18,376 nt of DNA from Elusimicrobiota bacterium. GTDB lineage: Bacteria; Elusimicrobiota; Elusimicrobia; UBA1565. The DNA lies in assembly GCA_043819795.1 (NCBI GenBank), contig JBDREN010000024.1:1-18376 (forward strand), in the 5' to 3' direction. The translations under genes and the position numbers were made by a program. Position 1 is the stretch's first letter. The number at the start of each line of letters is the position of its first letter. Shown piece after piece: positions 6,914-15,577 of this stretch. The notes under the pieces are model-generated. The model searched no databases. It had not been told where the DNA came from and was given only the letters and a program-made list of their open reading frames with translations.

Positions 6914-9493
6914 TTATCGGGCCGTCTCCGGCGCGTCTGAGCGCCCCTCCCGCTCTTCCGCGGGAGATGCGAACTTGCTTTCGAACCGCTCGACATGCTT
7001 GTCGATATCCTCATCGGAGCGAAGCAGCACGTCGAGCTGCCTGGTGAAGCCGATAAGGCGCCCGAGCATGAGCAGCCGCTTCTCCATCTCTCTCGGCTCC
7101 ATCTTCTTGGTGCGGGACACGACCAAGTCCCCCTTCATCTCCACGGCGAAATCGTTCCTTTCCAAGATCTCCTGCAGCAGGCGCGCGCGCCGCGAACGCC
7201 GCGTGATATCGGTGACCCCTCCGAGGAACCGGAAATAGATGTAGTTCTCGTTCCTGTTCTCGCTCAGGTATACGTCGACCATGTTGAAATGGTAGCCCAA
7301 GCGGAGACTCAGGTTCACGTACTCCTTGGAGACGATGGCGACATTCCGGCCTTCCGCGCCCGCCGGCGAAGCGGAGGTGGCCGCGGTGCGGGTGAGGCTG
7401 GACATGAAGCCGTTGAAATCGAGGTCGACCGGCTCCGAATGCCACACCCCCGGCGCGGTGAGCGCGGAGAGCAAGAGCCGCAGGGGGACGCACGCGAGCT
7501 CCCCGATGGTCGCGGCCGCGCTTCCCGGCGGGGTGCTCAGGCCGCCCCCGATATCGATCACGAGCAGATCCAGCGGCACCGAGAGGTCCATCTTCCTGGA
7601 GGGCATCTCCCCTCCCAGCCGCCTGGGATCGAGGCTGGCCGCCACCTCCCGCACGGCCATCTCGTGCGCGAAACGGATGATGTCGTGATAGGTCGAGCAG
7701 TTCTCCGGGGTGAACTCCGCCGCGTCGGGAGCGGTCAGGCGCAAAGGGGCGATCCTCCTCAGCAGCCGGCGCAGGAGCCTGAACTCGAAGGCGTCCTCGT
7801 AGGGATCGTCGATGAAGAGCTCGGACCTCAGCAGCTCGCCGACCGTCCCCTCATAGACGACGTTCTCCTTGGCGTCGACCGTGACCTCCATGCCGGGCTT
7901 GAGCACCCGCGTGGCCGAGCCGGTGTCCACGATGGCCGGGACGCGGAACTCGCGCGCCACGGTCGCCAGATGTCCCGTCACCGCCCCCACATCCGTGACC
8001 ACCGCGCTGGCTTTGGGCATCAGCTTCGACAGGACCGGGGAGGTATGCTTGGCCACCAATACGGCGCCTTGGGGGAAATCCTTGTGGTCCTCTCTTCGAT
8101 TCACGACGACCACGGAGCCGGCGGCGACCCCCCGGCAGGCCACGACCCCCTCTCCCCGAAGCAGGACGCGGTGCCTCCGCGCGGCGGCAACGGCCGCGTC
8201 GGAACGGCGTTCCTTCTTGTAGTGGACGATATGGAGGGGGCGCGCCTGCAGCAGGTATATCTCCCCCCGCGCGTCCATGGCCCACTCGACGTCCTGGAAG
8301 CATTTCAGGTAGCCTTCCACCCTCTTGACCATCCCGGCCAGCCGCCGCAGATCCTCCTCGCCCAGGCAGGGGACCTCCCGGTCCCTCTCCGGCACCGGGA
8401 CCGCCTCGACGCCGCCCGGAGAGAGGACGTACCGCCGCTCCTTGCGGCCGATCCTCCGGGAAAGCACGTCGTACGGGGGAGACTTGGAGAGCTCGAATTG
8501 GTCTATCTGGCCTTCCCCTTCCACCACCATCTTCCCCAGCCCCCAGGAGGCGGAGACCACCATCCGGTCCTTCTCGGGCGTGGACGGATTGAGGCTGTAG
8601 CATACCCCGCTCACCGCGGCGGGGACCATGAGCATGCCCCCCACGGACATGGCGGTCTTCCTCGGGAGCGAGAGCTGCTCATCGCGGTAGGCGAGCACCT
8701 GGGAGCTGAAGAGACTGGCCAGGACCTCCTTGTACGCGGAGAGGAACTCCGCCGCGGGGACGTTGAGGCGGGTCTCGTAGAGGCCGGCGAAGCTCCGGCC
8801 GCCGTCCTCTCCGAGGGCGCTGCTGCGCACCGCCAGGCTCTTCGGCCTGCCGAGCGCGGAGAGCGCCTCCTGCAGCGCCCTCTTCAGATCCGGCGGGACG
8901 CGGCCCCCGACGATCCTCTTTCGCATCTCTCGGGCCGCCTCCTCCAGTGCGTCCCCGCTCAGCGCGCCCGCCTCCTCGATGAACCGGTCCGCGTCGATGC
9001 CGTTGTGCTCGAAGAACCTCCGGCAGGAGTACGCCGAGACCACGAAGCCCTCCGGGACCTTCAGGCCGAGGCGCTTCATCTCCCCCAAAGTCGCCATCTT
9101 CTCCCCGGTGCCGTCGGAGATGTCCAGCGAGACCTTGTCGAGCCCCAGCACATAGTCGCTCTTTGGGATGACGAGGCGGGAGTCCATCTCGGCGGTGATG
9201 TTCGCCTTCGCGGCTTCGAAGGCGTCGAAAAGCCGGGGATACTTCCGGTCGGAGATGGCGTTCAGGCTGTAGACGATCTTGTAGACCGTCTCCTCCAAGC
9301 GGGCGACGACGTCGCGGAGATATTGGCTGTCGAAAACGTAGTCCCCGCTCAGCTTGTCGCCCATGTCGGCGATGAGCTCCAACGCCGCGTTGTTGAGGCC
9401 GACCAGCTCGCGGAACCTATTGACGATCTCTCTCAGGAAATGGATGTCCCGGGTCCTCCCGGGGCGTCGGAACAGGCTCCCCCAATCGATCAT
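6914..9493 (-). CDS. PEP-synthase/dikinase-like protein (ATP-grasp + phospho-His swivel + unassigned C-terminal domain), about 859 aa
   Basis: Motifs GEKMATLGEM, VPEGF, AVRSSALGED..SFAG.YET.LNV, QDVEWA and LLQARP. The swivel motif VVTDVGAVTGHLATVAREFRVPAIV has its His codon at 7972-7970. Start placed at ATG 9493 (MIDWGSLF) to avoid overlap with the upstream gene; the start is uncertain. Confidence 0.88.
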   Translation of the reverse strand: MIDWGSLFRRPGRTRDIHFLREIVNRFRELVGLNNAALELIADMGDKLSGDYVFDSQYLRDVVARLEETVYKIVYSLNAISDRKYPRLFDAFEAAKANITAEMDSRLVIPKSDYVLGLDKVSLDISDGTGEKMATLGEMKRLGLKVPEGFVVSAYSCRRFFEHNGIDADRFIEEAGALSGDALEEAAREMRKRIVGGRVPPDLKRALQEALSALGRPKSLAVRSSALGEDGGRSFAGLYETRLNVPAAEFLSAYKEVLASLFSSQVLAYRDEQLSLPRKTAMSVGGMLMVPAAVSGVCYSLNPSTPEKDRMVVSASWGLGKMVVEGEGQIDQFELSKSPPYDVLSRRIGRKERRYVLSPGGVEAVPVPERDREVPCLGEEDLRRLAGMVKRVEGYLKCFQDVEWAMDARGEIYLLQARPLHIVHYKKERRSDAAVAAARRHRVLLRGEGVVACRGVAAGSVVVVNRREDHKDFPQGAVLVAKHTSPVLSKLMPKASAVVTDVGAVTGHLATVAREFRVPAIVDTGSATRVLKPGMEVTVDAKENVVYEGTVGELLRSELFIDDPYEDAFEFRLLRRLLRRIAPLRLTAPDAAEFTPENCSTYHDIIRFAHEMAVREVAASLDPRRLGGEMPSRKMDLSVPLDLLVIDIGGGLSTPPGSAAATIGELACVPLRLLLSALTAPGVWHSEPVDLDFNGFMSSLTRTAATSASPAGAEGRNVAIVSKEYVNLSLRLGYHFNMVDVYLSENRNENYIYFRFLGGVTDITRRSRRARLLQEILERNDFAVEMKGDLVVSRTKKMEPREMEKRLLMLGRLIGFTRQLDVLLRSDEDIDKHVERFESKFASPAEEREGRSDAPETAR

Positions 9494-9537
9494 CGGAAGG
9501 AGCGCGATCCCTTTCCGGCGGGCCCGTCCCGCACGCG

Positions 9538-10284
9538 TCAATGCCTCCCCTTCCCGAAGATGAAGCCCACGGCAAGACCCGCCGCGCAAGCGAACAGAAC
9601 GGCGAAACAGCCGTAGAGAAGGGGATGCCGCTCCAACAGGAGCGTGAGATAGGCGGGTATCCCGGACCTCCTCACCGTGAACGGCTCCGCCCCCAGGAGC
9701 GTGAACCGGCCGTCCCGCCGGCCGAAAAGCTCGATCCTGTACTCGGCCGGAGGCGCCTTCGCGGGCAGGCGGAAGACGGCGCGGACGAGACTCCCGCCGC
9801 TGCCGTGCGATCCCAGGCCTTCGACGCCTCCCGTCCGGGCGGAGTACAACCCTTCGCTCTCCTTGAGCTTCATGAGCTGGGAGACGAGTTCGTCATCGGC
9901 CGCCTCCCGCCTCCCTTGGCCGGCCAGGGTCCGGCAGCCCAGCTCGGACGCCTCCTCCAGAGGCAGCCCCGGAGAGGTCATGACCAGGCACAACGCCGGA
10001 GCCTTCTCGAACTCGACCTCCCCGACGTTCATCCAGAATCCCCAGGCCCTCGCCTTACGCCTCAGCCTCAGATCCTCGGCCGGGCCCAGGCACCTCAGGA
10101 CCAAGTCGCCCGCCTCGGGCGAGGCGGCGATGACCGTGATATCGCTCCCGTGGTACGACAGCCCCTGCCTGATCTCCGAAGGCGTTATCTTGAGCATCCC
10201 CGCGGCGCCCGCCGGAGCGCCCGCGGCCGGCGCGGACGAGCACACGGCCGACCCGAGGAAGAGAATCGTCCCGAGCCCCGTCAT
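9538..10284 (-). CDS. TIGR02186-like exported protein with C-terminal membrane anchor (TSUP partner), 248 aa
   Basis: The ATG at 10284 overlaps the upstream TGA (ATGA). It has a signal-peptide-like N-terminus, GLSYHGSDITV, LRRKARAWGFWMN, LMKLKESEGLY, FRLPAKAPPAEY and a C-terminal HPLLYG...AGLAVGFIF helix. Confidence 0.82.
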   Translation of the reverse strand: MTGLGTILFLGSAVCSSAPAAGAPAGAAGMLKITPSEIRQGLSYHGSDITVIAASPEAGDLVLRCLGPAEDLRLRRKARAWGFWMNVGEVEFEKAPALCLVMTSPGLPLEEASELGCRTLAGQGRREAADDELVSQLMKLKESEGLYSARTGGVEGLGSHGSGGSLVRAVFRLPAKAPPAEYRIELFGRRDGRFTLLGAEPFTVRRSGIPAYLTLLLERHPLLYGCFAVLFACAAGLAVGFIFGKGRH

Positions 10285-11213
10285 GACGCGCCCCCGTACG
10301 CCAACAGCAGCTTGGGCGGCAGGACGAGCTTGCCCAGCATCACGAGCATGACGGCGAGAACGATCAGCGACAGGAGGATCTTGATCTGATCGGCCTTCAG
10401 TCTTCTCGAGACCTTCACCCCGATCTGGGCTCCGATGGAGGAGCCCACAAGGAGAAGCAGCGCCAAGATCATATCGACCGTCTGGTTGAGATACGACTGC
10501 ATGATGGTCACGTTCACGCAGGTGAAGAATATCTGAAAGAGGCTGGTCCCGAGCACGGTGTGCATGGGCATGCGGAGCAGGTAGACCATGACCGGGATGA
10601 GGAGGAAGCCGCCCCCCACCCCCATGATGGCGGCCAGGACGCCTACGACGACGCCAAGGAGCAACGGCAGCAGGACCGAGAACCGGACTCCGGACTTGGG
10701 AAAATCGGTCTGGAAGGGCAGCCGGTTGACGATCCTGGCGTAAACGGACGGCCGCAACTCCCGGGCGGGCGCCCTCTCCGCCCGCTGCGGCCCCCTGAGG
10801 CTCGTCAGGCTCTCCATGAGCATGTAGCCCCCGATGAGCCCCAGCATGGCGACATAACAAAGCATGATGACGAAGTCGGCATTGCCGAGCTGCCGCAACA
10901 GCTTGACCAGCCCGACCCCCAACGTGCTGCCCGCCACCCCTCCGACAAGCAGCAGGACCCCCATCTTGAAATCCACGTTGCCGTAGCGATAGTGGCCCAG
11001 CATGCCGGAAGCCGAGGCCGCGACGATCTGGTTCGAATCCGAGGCCGCGGCCACGGTGGGCGGGATGCCGATCATGATAAGCAGCGGGGTCAGGACGAAT
11101 CCTCCCCCCACCCCGAAGAGGCCGGAGAGAAAGCCCACCATGCCCCCGAGCCCCAGCAGCAGCAGCACGTTGATGCTGCATCCCGCGACCGGAAGAAACA
11201 TCTGGAGACTCAC
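10281..11213 (-). CDS. TauE/SafE (TSUP) family membrane transporter, 310 aa
   Basis: Motifs GFLSGLFGVGGGFVLTPLLIMIGIPPTVAAAS, GNVDFKMG and AAIMGVGGGFLLIP...GTSLFQI. The GTG start overlaps the kinase stop (GTGA). Confidence 0.92.
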   Translation of the reverse strand: MSLQMFLPVAGCSINVLLLLGLGGMVGFLSGLFGVGGGFVLTPLLIMIGIPPTVAAASDSNQIVAASASGMLGHYRYGNVDFKMGVLLLVGGVAGSTLGVGLVKLLRQLGNADFVIMLCYVAMLGLIGGYMLMESLTSLRGPQRAERAPARELRPSVYARIVNRLPFQTDFPKSGVRFSVLLPLLLGVVVGVLAAIMGVGGGFLLIPVMVYLLRMPMHTVLGTSLFQIFFTCVNVTIMQSYLNQTVDMILALLLLVGSSIGAQIGVKVSRRLKADQIKILLSLIVLAVMLVMLGKLVLPPKLLLAYGGAS

Positions 11214-12739
11214 GTCATCGCTCCCCCGGCATCCTGCCGCCCGTCGGCCAACGGCAGATATACCGAGAAAGTCGTGCCCTCGTTCACGCGGCTCTCCACC
11301 GTGATGCTGCCCTCATGCTTCTTGATGATGCTGAAGCTGACGGAAAGCCCCAGCCCGGTGCCCTTCCCCTGCTCCTTGGTGGTGAAATAGGGATCGAAGA
11401 TGTACGGGAGATTCGATTTGGGGATGCCCGGGCCGGTATCGGCGACGTCGACCCGCAGCCTTTCCCCGTCTCGGCACGCCCGGACCTCCAGCGTGCCGCC
11501 CTTGGGCATGGCCTGGATGCTGTTCAAGAAGAGGTTGAGGAAGACCTGCTGGAGCTGGCTGAAGTCGCCGCGGACCGCGGGCAGGTCCTCACCCACCTCA
11601 TCCTTCAAGACGATGTCGTTGAGCTCTATCTCGTGCATCACGAGGCGCAGGGTGGTGGAGAGGATCTCGAGCGGCTTCAGGGGCACGAAGGCGGGCCGCT
11701 CCATCCGGGTGAAGTCCAGGAGGTTCCTCACCGTGCCGCCGGCCCGCTCGGTCTGGATGGAGATGTCCCGGAGCAGCTTCATCCTTTTCTCCGGGGGCAT
11801 GTCCTCGCCTTCGTCGAGGAGGGCCTCGACCGTGAGGCCGATGTTGTTGAGCGGATTGTTGAGCTCGTGAGCGATCCCGGACGTCAGATTGCCCACGGCC
11901 GCCATCTTGCGCGACTGCAGCAGCTGCTCCTCGCGCTCCTTCAGGCGGTCGAGCATCAGGTTGATGGCCATCGCCAGGTCGGAGAACTCGTCCCTGTAGC
12001 GCTTCGCCGGCAGGATCGGCGAGCTGTCGCCGCGCGCGATCCGGTCGGTGTAGCTCACGAAGCGGTTCAACGGCTTGAGCATCTGCTGGGTGAGGAAATG
12101 GGTCGTGTAGAGGACGAGGGCCAGAAGCAGGAGGATGAAGCCCAGCGGCACCTGTTTGGAGACCCTCAGCATGCGCTCCACGCGCTGGCGCTCCCTGTCC
12201 AGCAATTGCGCGGCCACCGAGATCATCTCGGCGCCGTGGCGCCGGAGCTCGACCTCGACCGCCTCCCTGCCCCCGCGGCCGGCCTTCTCGCTTCGCGGAG
12301 GCGCGATGAGCTCTTTGAGCAGCTCATCGTAACGCCTGGCGTGCCGCATCATCAGGTCGTAGTGCTTCTCCCCCACCACCGCCGTTATATCCTCGCTCTC
12401 TCTTTCGAGAAGCCGCCTGGCTTCATGGATGCTCTCCAGCGCATCCGCGAGGCTGGTGCCGTAGAGGAAATAGTTCTTCTCGAAGCGCCGCGCCTCCTGG
12501 ATCGCGAAGGCGTAGTTGCCGCAAGCCTCGAGGAAGTGAAGCGTCTTGTGGATCCGGGAGAGGATGATCAAGGAAGCCACCGAGACCGCGGCGCTGAAAA
12601 GGAAGAGCGAGAGGAACGCGAGGATGATCCGGGCGCGGATGCTGATGCTGGGACGTTCGCGCAGCGCTCTCTGGGCCGCTCCCGAATCCCTGTTCCGATG
12701 CGGAAAGTCTATATGGGACGCCGTGTCGATGTCCGCCAT
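11210..12739 (-). CDS. Membrane sensor histidine kinase (TM-periplasmic-TM-HAMP-HisKA-HATPase), about 509 aa
   Basis: H-box AHELNNPL, N-box QQVFLNLFLNSIQAM, DTGPGI, IFDPYFTTK, GTGLGLS and HAMP motif KPL...DEFSDLAMAINLM. Start placed at ATG 12739 with a GGGGGA RBS. Confidence 0.92.
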   Translation of the reverse strand: MADIDTASHIDFPHRNRDSGAAQRALRERPSISIRARIILAFLSLFLFSAAVSVASLIILSRIHKTLHFLEACGNYAFAIQEARRFEKNYFLYGTSLADALESIHEARRLLERESEDITAVVGEKHYDLMMRHARRYDELLKELIAPPRSEKAGRGGREAVEVELRRHGAEMISVAAQLLDRERQRVERMLRVSKQVPLGFILLLLALVLYTTHFLTQQMLKPLNRFVSYTDRIARGDSSPILPAKRYRDEFSDLAMAINLMLDRLKEREEQLLQSRKMAAVGNLTSGIAHELNNPLNNIGLTVEALLDEGEDMPPEKRMKLLRDISIQTERAGGTVRNLLDFTRMERPAFVPLKPLEILSTTLRLVMHEIELNDIVLKDEVGEDLPAVRGDFSQLQQVFLNLFLNSIQAMPKGGTLEVRACRDGERLRVDVADTGPGIPKSNLPYIFDPYFTTKEQGKGTGLGLSVSFSIIKKHEGSITVESRVNEGTTFSVYLPLADGRQDAGGAMT

Positions 12740-12780
12740 CTTCCCCCACGCGCGACAGCCGCCGGACGCCGCTTCAGACA

Positions 12781-12809
12781 ACTGTAGCAAGGCGCGCGCG
12801 AAGGGGCAA
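12781..12809 (-). promoter_or_regulatory. sigma70-type promoter for the leftward operon
   Basis: Minus strand: TTGCCC (12809-12804), 17 nt ending in TGc, TACAGT (12786-12781), about 40 nt upstream of ATG 12739. Confidence 0.6.
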
Positions 12810-12827
12810 GAGGCCGGAATTTTTACG

Positions 12828-12833
12828 TATAAT
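12828..12833 (+). promoter_or_regulatory. Consensus -10 box for the rightward operon (no recognisable -35)
   Basis: TATAAT lies in the only AT-rich patch of the divergent intergenic region. The -35 position reads GGCAAG and overlaps the -35 of the leftward promoter. Confidence 0.45.
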
Positions 12834-12949
12834 GCCTCGACCAAAATGCTGGCAAAATCCCCCGGGCCCCTCCCGAAGGAGGGGCGGCTCTTCGCTCCCC
12901 TCCGAGGCGCGGACCTGCGTGAGGGACGCCCCCGCAGGAGACCACGCCG

Positions 12950-15577
12950 TTGATGCGATGGCTGCGCTCCTGGTTCAGCGGCTTGGGCAAGCTGCTCTCC
13001 CCCGGAGGGGAACGGCAGGACTTCCTTAGAGAACTCCAAGACGCCCTAGGAGGGCCGCAAGACCCCTCGACCGCCCTCAAGGCCCTGCACGAGAAGTTCG
13101 CTCACTTCACGCGCCTGCTCGAGCGCAACAACCAGGTGCTCAAGGTCATGAGCGATCTGGAGGAGAAGGCGCAGGGGGACTATCTTTTCGACATCAACTA
13201 CATCCGCTCCAGCCTCGCCGGGTTGCGCGAGGGACTCAAGGACATCATCGAGAGCATGGTCGCGCTGGGCGGCGCGGACTACGCGCCGCTCCGGGGCCGC
13301 TACGCCGCGATAGACCGGGAGATCGGCCGCGTCCTCTCCGGGGACCGTCCCATCGAGAAAGACGACTTCATCGTCCCGTTCGCCGAGCTCCGGGCGGACC
13401 GGGACTGGAGCGTGGGGGCGAAAGCCGCCGGCCTCGGCGAGATGAAGGCCCTGGGCCTGCCGGTCCCCGAAGGCTTCGCCGTGAGCGCCTGGGCCTACAA
13501 GCGCTTCCAGGACGCCAACGGCCTTAATGAGCGGCTCGCCGGCCGCCTCAAGTCGCTCGACGTCAAGAGCCTTGACGAGCTGCGCGAGGCCAGCCGGCGG
13601 ATCAGGGAGCTGGTCGCCTCCAGCCCCGTGCCGGAGGACCTGGCCGAGGCTCTCCGGCGGAGCGCCGCCGGGCTGGCGGAACGGTCCCCGTCCGGGAGCT
13701 TCTCTCTTCGCTCCAGCGCCATCGGCGAGGACAGCGCGCTCAGTTTCGCCGGGCAATACGAAACCCTCCTGAACGTCCGCCCCGAGGAGGTCGTGGAGCG
13801 CTACCGCGATGTCCTGGCCGGCCAGTTCACCCCACGGGCCATCTACTATTTTCTGAGCCATTCCCTTTCCGAGTCCAGGCTCGCGATGTGCGTGGCCGCG
13901 GTCTCCATGGTGGACGCCGCGGCCAGCGGGGTGGTCTATACCCGCGACCCGGTCTCCCCCGACGACGGGTCGCTCTTGGTCAGCGCGATCCGCGGCCAGG
14001 GGAGGTACCTCGTGGACGGCACCCTCACCCCCGACATGTTCCGGATATCCCGCGACGACCTCTCCGTGAGGGAGTCCCGGCCGGCCGGGAAGCCGGTGCG
14101 CTTGGTCATGCGCCCGGGCGGAGGGATGGTCCGAGAGGCGGTTCCCGAGCGGGAGCGGGAGCTCCCCTCGCTCGCCGAGGGCCCTCTCAAAGAGCTGGCC
14201 CGGATGTGCCTGCGGATCGAAGATCACTCCGGCGGGCCGCGGGACATCGAGTGGGCCCTCGACCGGGAGGGCCGTCTCTTCCTGCTCCAGAACCGCCCGC
14301 TCAGGGTCTTCCGGCGCGGGGAGGCCGGCTCCATGCCCGACGTCTCGCGCTTCGAGGCGCTCGCGTCCGGCGGGACCACGGTGTGTCCCGGGGCCGGATG
14401 CGGGCCGGTCTGCTTCGTCTCCGCTCCCGATGACCTTCCCCGGGTCCCCGAAGGCGCCGTGCTGGCGGCGACCCATCCCTTCCCGGAGATCGTCACCGTG
14501 ATGGGACGCGTGCGCGCCATCGTGTCCCGCGTGGGCGGCGTCGCCAGCCACATGGCCACTTTGGCGCGGGAATACCGTATTCCCACCGTTGTGCTCGATC
14601 CGGGCGGGATCGAGCCGGGGGCGGAGGTCACGGTGGACGCCACGGCCGGAACCGTCTACGCCGGCCTTTGCCGGGACCTGATCGAAGCTCGGCAAGAGGA
14701 GGGCGGCTCTCTCGAGGACGAGGCCATCATCGCCCTGGCAAGGAGGCTGCTGGCCCGGATATCCCCCCTCAATCTACTCCACCCCACGGACCCCGGCTTC
14801 GCCATCGCGAGCTGCCGGACTTTCCACGACATCACCCGCTTCGCTCACCAGCGGGCCATGGAGGAGATGTTCTCCTCGGGCCGGGACATCAAGGACAAAG
14901 GCAAGCTCGGGTTGAGGCTGAGAAGCGAGGTCCCCCTCCCGGTCGTGATCATCTACCTCGACCGCGACCTCGCCGCGGGATGCCGGGGGCGGGGCCGGGG
15001 AAAGAGGTCCGTGGACGAGGACGATATCCGCTCCGAGCCGATGCGGGCGTTCTGGGCCGGGATCCGGAAGGAGGGCTGGCCCAAACCGCCCGCCGTGGAC
15101 GCGAGAGGCTTCATGTCGGTCGTCGGCACGCACCTGGTGAAGGGGCAGCGCGCGGAGTTCTCCGAGAGCAGCTACGCGCTGCTCGGCCGCGAGTACATGC
15201 TCGTGAGCCTGAGGATGGGCTACCACTTCACCACGGTGGAGGCGATGTGCACGACGGAGACCAGCAAGAACTACATCCGCATGCAGTACAAGCAGGGCGG
15301 GGCCTCGCCGGAAAGGAGGCTGCGGCGGATCCGGCTGATCGAGGCCCTGCTCGGGAGGATGGGGTTCACGAGCACGAGCCGGGGGGATTTCCTGGACGCT
15401 TCGCTCAGCTACCAAAGCCGCGAGGACATCGCCCGGAAGCTCGTCCTGCTGGGCCGCCTCAACATCATGACCAAGCAGCTCGACATGGCGCTCGGCAGCG
15501 ACGCGATCGCCGAATGGTATCTCCGGGACCTGGCGGGGAGGCTGGGATTGGGCATGGCGCCGGAGGGCGGGGCATGA
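12950..15577 (+). CDS. Second PEP-synthase/dikinase-like protein with the same architecture as 6914-9493, about 875 aa
   Basis: Motifs GAKAAGLGEM, VPEGF, LRSSAIGED..SFAGQYETLLNV, RDIEWA and LLQNRP. The swivel motif GGVASHMATLAREYRIPTVV has its His codon at 14549-14551. AGGAG RBS at 12936-12940; start is TTG 12950 or ATG 12953. Confidence 0.88.
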   Translation: MMRWLRSWFSGLGKLLSPGGERQDFLRELQDALGGPQDPSTALKALHEKFAHFTRLLERNNQVLKVMSDLEEKAQGDYLFDINYIRSSLAGLREGLKDIIESMVALGGADYAPLRGRYAAIDREIGRVLSGDRPIEKDDFIVPFAELRADRDWSVGAKAAGLGEMKALGLPVPEGFAVSAWAYKRFQDANGLNERLAGRLKSLDVKSLDELREASRRIRELVASSPVPEDLAEALRRSAAGLAERSPSGSFSLRSSAIGEDSALSFAGQYETLLNVRPEEVVERYRDVLAGQFTPRAIYYFLSHSLSESRLAMCVAAVSMVDAAASGVVYTRDPVSPDDGSLLVSAIRGQGRYLVDGTLTPDMFRISRDDLSVRESRPAGKPVRLVMRPGGGMVREAVPERERELPSLAEGPLKELARMCLRIEDHSGGPRDIEWALDREGRLFLLQNRPLRVFRRGEAGSMPDVSRFEALASGGTTVCPGAGCGPVCFVSAPDDLPRVPEGAVLAATHPFPEIVTVMGRVRAIVSRVGGVASHMATLAREYRIPTVVLDPGGIEPGAEVTVDATAGTVYAGLCRDLIEARQEEGGSLEDEAIIALARRLLARISPLNLLHPTDPGFAIASCRTFHDITRFAHQRAMEEMFSSGRDIKDKGKLGLRLRSEVPLPVVIIYLDRDLAAGCRGRGRGKRSVDEDDIRSEPMRAFWAGIRKEGWPKPPAVDARGFMSVVGTHLVKGQRAEFSESSYALLGREYMLVSLRMGYHFTTVEAMCTTETSKNYIRMQYKQGGASPERRLRRIRLIEALLGRMGFTSTSRGDFLDASLSYQSREDIARKLVLLGRLNIMTKQLDMALGSDAIAEWYLRDLAGRLGLGMAPEGGA

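Noticed and set aside
6914..9493. Naming the dikinase-like genes ppsA/ppdK or rph, and the kinase-like genes cmk
   Set aside because: The pyruvate-binding barrel is absent, the domain order differs from rifampicin phosphotransferase (His domain is central, not C-terminal), and the kinase-like proteins lack the Walker A lysine.
6995..9616. 873-aa plus-strand ORF, and similar long ORFs at 945-1880, 2679-3788, 3382-5301, 5072-6082, 11315-12787, 13046-14695 and 15409-17550
   Set aside because: They are antisense shadows of well-supported genes in high-GC DNA and contain no recognisable motifs.
10285..11181. N-terminal 299-aa extension of the 9538-11181 ORF
   Set aside because: It overlaps the TauE gene in another frame and is low-complexity Arg/Gly/Ala-rich. 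The real start is at 10284 (ATGA coupling, signal peptide).
12850..12866. TGGCAAAA as a sigma54 -24 element
   Set aside because: There is no TTGC/GC at the -12 position, and no AAA+ activator is encoded in the window.
12740..13039. N-terminal extension of the HAMP kinase ORF
   Set aside because: It runs through the divergent promoter region and into the opposite gene. ATG 12739 has an RBS and a promoter.
14668..15573. N-terminal extension of the 1062-aa kinase ORF
   Set aside because: It overlaps the dikinase-like gene out of frame. The real start is at 15574/15577.
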